A stretch of DNA of 64,000 nucleotides, taken from NCBI GenBank assembly GCA_040389905.1, contig JAZJZK010000005.1, positions 96,001 through 160,000 of the forward strand. Direction: 5' to 3'. Under the pieces are notes generated by a model. It searched no databases. It worked only from the letters and a program-made list of their open reading frames with translations, and had not been told where the DNA came from. A program made the position numbers and the translations under genes. Positions within the stretch are counted from its first letter, which is position 1; every line of letters begins with the position of its first letter. Of the stretch, positions 55,800 to 64,000 are shown piece after piece. Source of the stretch: Gemmatimonadota bacterium. GTDB lineage: Bacteria; Gemmatimonadota; Gemmatimonadetes; Gemmatimonadales; Gemmatimonadaceae.

Positions 55800-55926
55800 G
55801 CCGTCCGTAGCGCGAATTTCTCGAGCATCGCGACAGACGAAAAAGGCGTCATCCAGATCTTCAACGTCGGCGCCGAGCGAATGTTCGGTTATACCGCCGC
55901 AGAGGTGATGAACAAGGTCACGCCGG
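55800..55926 (+). pseudogene. Isolated PAS-domain fragment (remnant of a sensor gene)
   Basis: SANFSSIATDEKGVIQIFNVGAERMFGYTAAEVMNKVTP is the N-terminal half of a PAS fold; the flanks of ORF 55752..56003 look non-coding. Confidence 0.65.
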
Positions 55927-56100
55927 GAAAGCCGACTTCGATCACGAGCGGTTCACGGTCGAGATCAGGCGGGCAATGTCAGGGCGGCACTCGGGCTACG
56001 TGAGATGGCAGGAATCGTGAGCGTCGTCTACGCGGCGACGAGGAAGTGGTGACGAGAATCTCGTAAGCACGGCGCCGAAAAGGGAGTCACACTTGGCGGA

Positions 56101-56538
56101 TCAATGAACAAACCGCGCGAGACGCTCAGAGGCGCGCAGCACGACGAGTGTGCCTCCAGTAATCTCGTAATGATCCGTCGACCCGAGTGCCGAAAGGAAG
56201 GCCTGTTCCTGACGGTTCAGGGCATCGTCGGCACACGCCATTCTCGTGGACATCATGGGGCCGAAGCGGAGCGACAGTCCCTCACGCGTAAACGATCCGC
56301 CGAACCGGTTGCACCCCGCATTGCCGTTGACATGACTGCTATCAACACTGAAGCGTATCCATGGCCGGCGTGCGGGATCCGCTGGCACCGCCGGCACACC
56401 GCCAACCTCCACGAGTCGCCAGTCGCGTGTGCCGAGCTCGGTGGAGGAAGCGCCTGATCCGGCGGATGCGCAGCCGGCTACGGTTGCCGCGACAACGAGC
56501 GCAGCGAACGCCAGGGTACGGATCTCTAAGATTGCCAC
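56101..56538 (-). CDS. META domain lipoprotein (HslJ-like)
   Basis: Lipobox VAGC; W.LV, G.AGCNRF.G, FGP..STRMAC, QE..FL.AL. Confidence 0.85.
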   Translation of the reverse strand: MAILEIRTLAFAALVVAATVAGCASAGSGASSTELGTRDWRLVEVGGVPAVPADPARRPWIRFSVDSSHVNGNAGCNRFGGSFTREGLSLRFGPMMSTRMACADDALNRQEQAFLSALGSTDHYEITGGTLVVLRASERLARFVH

Positions 56539-56662
56539 GGATCGTCCAACTCTCCGCGGACGAGGATCGCGCACAAACTCTTTGAACGCAGACTCTTCGG
56601 TGTTCAATCCGGCTGTTTCCGTTGCATCCGGAAAATCCGCTCCGAGCAAGTCATCGACGCTG

Positions 56663-57952
56663 TTACGCGGCAGCAATCTTTGGCTGCACATACGACTGCA
56701 TGTCGCGCCCGAGATAAATCGTGAAGAGCACCAGGCTCGCCGCGAGGAGGAAGGGCAGGGGAAGTGACACATCGAACAACATCCCGAACACGATCGGGAA
56801 GATCACTCGGGCAATGCCGCCGAACGTCTGCTGCACGCCCATGTACATCCCGCGCTCCGTGCTGGGAATCACGCGTGAGAGCAACGCGGTCACGCACGGA
56901 AACGTGAAGGCAGTGCCAAGCGGGAGCAGCGCGACGGCAAGTGCGAGGGGAAGATACGGCAGGAACGCCACGACACTCGCTGGCAACACGCCGCCGAGCA
57001 TCGTCGCGACCGCCGCGGGATTCGCAATCGGTTTCGTGAACGCCATCGCCGTCAGCCCGCTCGCGATCAGCGTCAGCCCGAAGCGCGAGAGTTTGACCTC
57101 GCCGTACTTATCGACCATGCGGCCAAGAATCAGCGCGCGGGTCAACACGCTGATGACGCCAGTGTACGTAAAGAAGAATCCGATCGTGTTTTCCGTCACG
57201 GCGAATCGGACGGCGAGGTACAGCGCGAGCATCGACGTCATCCCCTGAAACGCACCCAGCGCGATCGCGTAAATCCAGATGAGCCGAGACGCGGGTTCTG
57301 TCGAGTGCGTCACGACCTTCAGCACGGCGTCTCGCGAGCGAGAGCGCGTGCCCGTCGCGGCCTTGGACGCCGCGGCCTCGGTCATGTCACGCGACTCATC
57401 GAGGAAGCGCCACGCAAAGCCCATGTTCGCCACGCACAGTGCCGCGGCGAAGAGTCCGGGTCCCTGCACGCCCAGCGAGTGCGTCATCGATCCAAGCACC
57501 GGTCCGATGGCGACGCCGGCATTGGTCGCCGCCGAGAGCCAACCCAGCGCCTTCGCGCGTTCGTCAGGTTGCGTCGAATCGGCGACGTAGGCCTGAATGA
57601 CACTGACCGTCCCGCCCCCTGCGCCCTGCACGATACGGCACAGGAAGAGGAAGAAGAGCGGATGCGGCAACCGGAGCGCGTATCCAAAAATGACATACGC
57701 AATCGCGGACGCCGTCAGGCCGACGAGCAAGGCGGGACGTCGGCCGTAGTGATCGGACAACCGGCCCCACATGGGCGCGGTCACCAACTGTGCAACGGCG
57801 AATGAGCTGATGAGCAGTCCGACGACCAATCCGCCCTGCCCAAGCGACTTCGCGTAAAAAGGAAGGAGGGGCACCACCATCAGGAGCCCCACCATATCGA
57901 CGAATGCCGTGATCATGAGGATCCACAGCTTGTTGCGGCTGGCGGATCTCAT
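56663..57952 (-). CDS. MFS transporter (DHA1/TetA-like)
   Basis: Motif A GRLSD.YGRRP, R..QG, AY.AD.....ER, GP.LG. Confidence 0.9.
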   Translation of the reverse strand: MRSASRNKLWILMITAFVDMVGLLMVVPLLPFYAKSLGQGGLVVGLLISSFAVAQLVTAPMWGRLSDHYGRRPALLVGLTASAIAYVIFGYALRLPHPLFFLFLCRIVQGAGGGTVSVIQAYVADSTQPDERAKALGWLSAATNAGVAIGPVLGSMTHSLGVQGPGLFAAALCVANMGFAWRFLDESRDMTEAAASKAATGTRSRSRDAVLKVVTHSTEPASRLIWIYAIALGAFQGMTSMLALYLAVRFAVTENTIGFFFTYTGVISVLTRALILGRMVDKYGEVKLSRFGLTLIASGLTAMAFTKPIANPAAVATMLGGVLPASVVAFLPYLPLALAVALLPLGTAFTFPCVTALLSRVIPSTERGMYMGVQQTFGGIARVIFPIVFGMLFDVSLPLPFLLAASLVLFTIYLGRDMQSYVQPKIAAA

Positions 57953-57971
57953 CGTGGGTCTCTACACAAGG

Positions 57972-58879
57972 TCATTCCGCTGACGTCTTGCCCAATGCAG
58001 CCGGCGGCACGGCTCGGCCTACGACACCGGCGAGGGCGATGATAGTGAGCACATACGGGATCATCTCAATGAACTGACTGGGAATCGCATGCGTTCCCTG
58101 CAACTGGATCTGGAGGGTCTCCGCGGCGGCGAAGAGCAGACACGCGAGCCCGGCGCGCAATGGATCCCATCGGCCGAAAATGGTGGCGGCGAGTGCGATG
58201 AAGCCGCGACCGGCCGTCATTCCATCGGTGAACTGATGCTGGTCGAGCGCGAGGTAGGCACCGGCGAGTCCCGCAATCATGCCGCTGAGCGCCACCGCGA
58301 GATATCGCACGCGCGCCACCGGCACACCAACCGATGCCGCGGCCGCGGGATGCTCCCCGACCGCGCGCACGCGCAACCCAAAGGGCGTCCGGTACAGCAG
58401 CCACCCCACGCTCGGAACCATCACGACACCAATCCACACCAGCGGGTCATGAACAAGCGCCCCGAAGCCCGTGCCGGCACCTTTCGCATCGAAGCCGGGA
58501 ACGCGCGGTGAATTCGAGGAGCTGTCGAAGAACAGACGAAGGAAGAACCGCGTGAGTCCAACGGCAAGGAGATTGATCGCGATGCCGACCACGACCTGAT
58601 CCGCACGAAAGCGAATCGCACTGGTTGCGTACAGCATGGACAAGAGGGCCCCACCAACGACAGCAGCCAGCACGCCAATCCACGGCGCGAGCCCGGCTTG
58701 ATCCGGCATTCCACTGGCCACGGCGAAGCTCGTGGCCGCCGCGCAGAACGCGCCGCCGAGCATGTATCCCTCGAGCGTGAGGCCGATCAGGCCAGCGCGC
58801 TCACTGAGAACGCCTGCGGAGGCCGCGAGCAGATATGGAATCGCGATGCGCAGCGTCTGCGCGAGAAAATCGAGCGCGT

Positions 58880-58883
<4 letters not shown>
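57972..58883 (-). CDS. Nucleoside/sugar (CUT2) ABC transporter permease
   Basis: SERAG....LEG, T.FGLR.RAVGE.P.AA...G, GRGFIALA, PY.LT. Confidence 0.92.
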
Positions 58884-59934
<1,051 letters not shown>

Positions 59935-59938
<4 letters not shown>

Positions 59939-61470
59939 GCGGCGTGCTCCGCACCCGTCATGTACGGTCCCAGCGTGTCAGGCGACGCATCCGCGCGAGG
60001 CATGACCGTCACGAAGCGGCCACCGTACATCACCGCGACGCGATCGGCGAGCGCCAGGACCTCGGATAGGTCTGCAGACACCAGGAGAATCGCCTTCCCC
60101 TGCTCACGCGCCTCGCGCAGCCTGGCGTGAATGAATTCGATGGCACCGACGTCTACACCACGCGTGGGCTGGGATGCGAGCAGCACCTTGAAGTCGCGCC
60201 CCATCTCGCGGGCCACGACGATCTTCTGCTGGTTTCCTCCCGAGAGGGCCCGTGCCGCAAGCGATGCATCGGCCGGCCGGATGTCGTAGCGCTCGATCAA
60301 CTGGAGCGCATGCGACATGATCGCCTTCCGGTCGAGTGTCAGGCCTCGCGTGAACCGGTGCTGCTGCCCGAGAATCAGATTGTCCGCGATGCTGTAATCC
60401 AGCACGAGCCCGCGTTCGTGACGATCCTCGGGAATGTGCGACAAGCCGGCATCGCCGCGCTGACGGACGGAAAAGCCAGCGACACTGCTTCCCATCAGGG
60501 TAATCGCGCCGGTCGAAGCGCGGAGACCGGCCAGCGCTTCGATCAACTCGGTCTGGCCATTTCCCTCGACGCCGGCAATACCGAGAATCTCTCCCGGCGC
60601 GACACTGAAGGTGACGCCCCGGACGACCGGCGTGCGCCGCGAGCCGGTCACGGTGAGATCGCGTACGTCGAGCAACGGCGGTCCGGCGGCGGCACTCGTC
60701 GCGGTGGTGCCGGCGTAGTCGGCATCGAGCGCGAGCGCGACGTCACGACCAACCATCGCGCGCGCGATGGTCTGCGGTGTCGCTCCGGCGCTCGCCATGC
60801 GCGCGACGGTCGCGCCCTGGCGCATCACGGTAATCGAATCGGACACCTCGATCACTTCATCGAGCTTGTGCGTGATGAGCACCACCGTACCGCCATCGGC
60901 CTTGAGCGAACGCAGCACCGCCCAGAGTTCTCGCACTTCCGGGGGCGAGAGGACCGCGGTGGGCTCATCGAGAATGAGTATCTTCGCGCCGCGGTACAGC
61001 GTCTTCAGGATTTCGACCCGCTGTGCTTCTCCGACGGAGAGCTCCGACACCAGGCGGTCGGGTGGCACGGCCAATCCCGTGCGTGCAGAGAGGTCGCGTA
61101 CCGCTTGCTCCGCGGCCGCGCGGTCGAGGACCGGCCCCCTCGTGATCTCGGAGCCGAGGACGACGTTCTCCGCCACCGTGAGCGTTGGAACGAGCATGAA
61201 GTGCTGGTGCACCATGCCGACGCCCGCGCCGATCGCATCATTGGTCGACCATCCGGTCACGTCGCGACCGCTGACTTCCATCGTGCCGGCATTGGGCGCG
61301 TACAGCCCGGCGAGGATGCGCATCAGTGTCGACTTGCCCGCACCGTTCTCGCCAACGAGCGCGTGGATCTCGCCCTGGGCGACCTCGAGTTCGGCACCGC
61401 GATTGGCGTGGACCGGGCCGAAATACTTGTCGATTCCCGTCAGGCGGATTGCGACATTACTCACGTGCAC
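59935..61470 (-). CDS. CUT2 ABC transporter ATP-binding protein (two fused domains)
   Basis: GENGAGKSTL, MVHQHF.L, LDEPT, GVEGNGQ, IPEDR, LSGGNQQK, PTRG.DVG. Confidence 0.95.
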
Positions 61471-61483
61471 GCTCCTGCATGAT

Positions 61484-61564
61484 TGTCATCCCGAGCGAAG
61501 TCGAGGGATCTGCACATCCTGCAGGTGGTGAGGTGCAGACCCCTCGACTTCGCTCGGGGTGACA
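61484..61564. repeat. REP doublet (TGTC-type) inside the ABC operon
   Basis: tgtcatcccgagcgaagtcgagggatctgcac-N17-gtgcagacccctcgacttcgctcggggtgaca; lies between the binding-protein and ATPase genes. Confidence 0.9.
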
Positions 61565-61600
61565 TCCATGGCTTCCTGCTCGCTCCCAATTGGATGCCGT

Positions 61601-62638
61601 TCATTTGCTGCTGGGAACCTTGATTCGCCCGGCGATGATATCCTGCTTGAGGGCCTCGAGCCGCGCTCTCACGTCGGCTGGAATGAGCTTTTCATTGTTT
61701 GCGTCGAACACATATCCGACTCCGTCTTCGGCGAGACCATATTCGTAGACCCCGCCAGCGAACTTGGCGTCTTTCACACGGCGAACTGCGTCGAAAACGG
61801 CGTTGTCCACCCGCTTGACCATGCTGGTGAGCACGTACCCCGGCGCTTCCTTGTATTGGTCGGCATCCACGCCAATGGCCAGTTTGCCGGTTTGGCGCGC
61901 GGCCTCGAACACGCCCAGGCCCGTCGAGCCGGACGCGTGGAAAATGACGTTGACGCCCTGCTGGTACTGGCTGAGCGCGAGCTCCTTGCCCTTGCCCGGA
62001 TTGCGGAACGCTTCGGGCGTGACGCCGGCGTACTGCGAGAGCACCTCACAATCGCGGCACACCTGCTTGACCCCGGCCGTGTACCCGACCTCGAACTTGT
62101 GAATGAGCGGGAAGTTCATGCCGCCGACGAATCCAATCTTCTTCGATTTGCCGATCAGGGCGGCCATGGCGCCCACGAGAAACGACCCCTGCTCCTCTCG
62201 AAACTTGAGCGCCGCGAGATTGGGTGGCGGCGGAATGACCTTTCCGTCCTTGTCGGTGGAGAGGGAGTAATCCACTCCCGCGAACTTGGTGTTGGGGTAT
62301 TCCTTGGCGAGCTGCGTCAGGTCATCGGTAAAGATGAAGCCCACACCGACGACGAGGTCCATTCCCTCCGCGGCAAGCAGGCGAAGTCCCGCTTCGCGAT
62401 CGGAGCCCTCTCCGGGCTCGATGAAGCGTACCCGAACACCAAGCTCCTTCTCCGCCCGCTCCGCACCGAGGTACGCGCCGTCGTTGAAGGACTTGTCACC
62501 TCGCCCACCCATGTCGAAGACGATGCCGACGTCGACCGCTTCGCCAGTCGGCGGAACGGCGGCGCCCGAGGGATGGACAAACAAAAGAGTCACGTGAACG
62601 AGCAATAGCACGCCCACGAAGATCAGCAGCTTCCGCAT
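61601..62638 (-). CDS. BMP family ABC substrate-binding protein (probably nucleosides)
   Basis: GG.GDKSFN, F.EEQGSFL.G, GFVGG, AIGVD.DQ, LTSMVK.VD. Confidence 0.93.
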   Translation of the reverse strand: MRKLLIFVGVLLLVHVTLLFVHPSGAAVPPTGEAVDVGIVFDMGGRGDKSFNDGAYLGAERAEKELGVRVRFIEPGEGSDREAGLRLLAAEGMDLVVGVGFIFTDDLTQLAKEYPNTKFAGVDYSLSTDKDGKVIPPPPNLAALKFREEQGSFLVGAMAALIGKSKKIGFVGGMNFPLIHKFEVGYTAGVKQVCRDCEVLSQYAGVTPEAFRNPGKGKELALSQYQQGVNVIFHASGSTGLGVFEAARQTGKLAIGVDADQYKEAPGYVLTSMVKRVDNAVFDAVRRVKDAKFAGGVYEYGLAEDGVGYVFDANNEKLIPADVRARLEALKQDIIAGRIKVPSSK

Positions 62639-62698
62639 GTGCGGGAAAAGTCGTGCGCGGAACGGACGGGGGCAAGCATAGGGACGTTCCGCGCGTTT

Positions 62699-62732
62699 TG
62701 TCGCCCTGAATTGAAATGAAGGGCCCGCACCT
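62699..62732. repeat. Single degenerate TGTC-type REP
   Basis: tgtcgccctgaattgaaatgaagggcccgcacct, similar to the copies at 1312 and 51530. Confidence 0.7.
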
Positions 62733-62770
62733 AGCGTCGTTGCGTCGTTCCTTCACCCTATATTCCCAGC

Positions 62771-64000
62771 ATGCCCGAACGAATGCGCACGCGGTTCCTC
62801 GTCATCGGTAGTGGTGTCGCCGGTCTGCACACGGCATGGCGTGCGTCGCAGCATAGCGACGTTCTGCTGCTCACGAAGCGCTCCCTGTTCGACAGCGCAA
62901 CGGCATACGCGCAAGGGGGAATCGCCGCCGCCCTCGGCGCCGGCGATTCACCGAAACTGCATCGTCAGGACACCCTGGCGGCAGGTGCGGCTCTCTGCGA
63001 CGCGGCAGCAGTGCAGGTGCTCGTCGAAGAGGGGCCGGCGCGCGTCCGCGAGCTGCAGACGGCGGGCGCCGAATTCGACCTCGATCCGAAGGGCGAGCTG
63101 CTGCTGGGGCGTGAGGCGGCGCACTCGACCAACCGCATCGTGCACGCACATGGCGATCAGACCGGTGCCGAGGTCGCCCGCACGCTCATCGCGCGCGTGC
63201 GGCGGAGCAAGCGGATCACCGTGCTCGAACGGGCGCGTGTCCTCGACCTGATCGTCTCGCGCGGTGCGTGCATCGGCGTGCGCGCGAGTGTCAAGGGAAA
63301 GCCGGTGGAGATCATCGCCGACGCGAGTGTGCTCGCGACCGGCGGGTGTGGCCAGTGCTATCGCTATACGACGAACCCCGTCGTCGCCACGGGAGACGGA
63401 TTCGCGATCGCACACCGCGCCGACGTCACACTCGCCGACATGGAATTCGTCCAATTCCATCCGACGGCGCTCGACACCCCGGAGAATCCGCTCGCGCTCA
63501 TCAGTGAGGCCGTCCGCGGAGAGGGCGCAATCCTCGTGAACGAGCGGGGCGAGCGTTTCATGAAGAAGGTGCACGCCGACGCGGAGTTGGCGCCGCGAGA
63601 CGTCGTCGCGCGCGCGATCTTTCGCGAACAGAAGCGCAGCCGCGTCTACCTCGATGCGCGCAAGCTCGGCCGCGGGTTCGCGAAGCGCTTTCCCGGCATC
63701 CTCGCGCTGTGTGCCGCGCGAGGTATCGATCCCCGCAAGAACCTCATTCCGGTGACGCCGGCGGCGCACTACATGATGGGCGGCGTGGTGACCGACCTGA
63801 ATGGCCGCTCGAGCATGCCCCGCCTCTACGCCGTCGGCGAAGTGGCGCGCACCGGTGTGCACGGCGCCAATCGGCTGGCGTCGAACTCGTTGCTGGAAGG
63901 ATTGGTCTTCGCGGAACGCGTGGCACGCGATCTGATCGGTGTCGCACCCCTGAAGAGCCTGCCCGCCGCGAAGGACTGGACGGTGCCGCCGTTCTCCGAT
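62771..64000 (+). CDS. nadB: L-aspartate oxidase (partial, runs off window end)
   Basis: Not in the ORF track (no stop in window). Manual translation: VIGSGVAGL, YAQGGIAA, REAAHS..RIVHA.GD.TG, EFVQFHPT, LISEAVRGEG, ELAPRDVVAR, AAHYMMGG, GVHGANRLASNSLLEG. Confidence 0.95.
   Translation, partial: MPERMRTRFLVIGSGVAGLHTAWRASQHSDVLLLTKRSLFDSATAYAQGGIAAALGAGDSPKLHRQDTLAAGAALCDAAAVQVLVEEGPARVRELQTAGAEFDLDPKGELLLGREAAHSTNRIVHAHGDQTGAEVARTLIARVRRSKRITVLERARVLDLIVSRGACIGVRASVKGKPVEIIADASVLATGGCGQCYRYTTNPVVATGDGFAIAHRADVTLADMEFVQFHPTALDTPENPLALISEAVRGEGAILVNERGERFMKKVHADAELAPRDVVARAIFREQKRSRVYLDARKLGRGFAKRFPGILALCAARGIDPRKNLIPVTPAAHYMMGGVVTDLNGRSSMPRLYAVGEVARTGVHGANRLASNSLLEGLVFAERVARDLIGVAPLKSLPAAKDWTVPPFSD

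Noticed and set aside
62640..62770. NAD-related riboswitch upstream of nadB
   Set aside because: The region is occupied by a degenerate REP and a -10 box 6 nt before the ATG, leaving no leader; no aptamer recognised.

Overview
GC-rich bacterial chromosomal window with about 50 CDS. It is most likely Gemmatimonadota-like; this is my inference from gene content and lineage-style hypothetical proteins, not a search result. I found no rRNA, tRNA, CRISPR array, transposase or integrase. Housekeeping and accessory genes include GNAT, PAP2, DHDPS-like/epimerase/acyltransferase, SufE, OsmC, GT87, Uma2, RecQ, Hsp20, an ABC exporter, an RNA methyltransferase, MOSC, GH63-like, sucA, PIG-L, NDH-2, MFS, a nucleoside ABC importer and nadB. 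They surround a ~20 kb signalling island (22.4-42.6 kb). The island holds a 2408-aa poly-HAMP hybrid kinase with stand-alone CheR/CheB and a REC-PAS kinase, two more GAF/PAS kinases, and a three-gene module: outer-membrane porin + secreted cupredoxin-like protein + membrane Cache-like/HAMP/Ser-Thr kinase. That module is my best candidate for an undescribed system. Other features are a PAS kinase-ANTAR pair behind a 194-bp fold-back element, at least four families of short palindromic intergenic repeats (some stacked into composites), a frameshifted ArsR-SRPBCC operon, and repeated TANNNT boxes 6-7 nt before start codons that suggest leaderless mRNAs. All product calls come from motif recognition by eye; no database searches were run.
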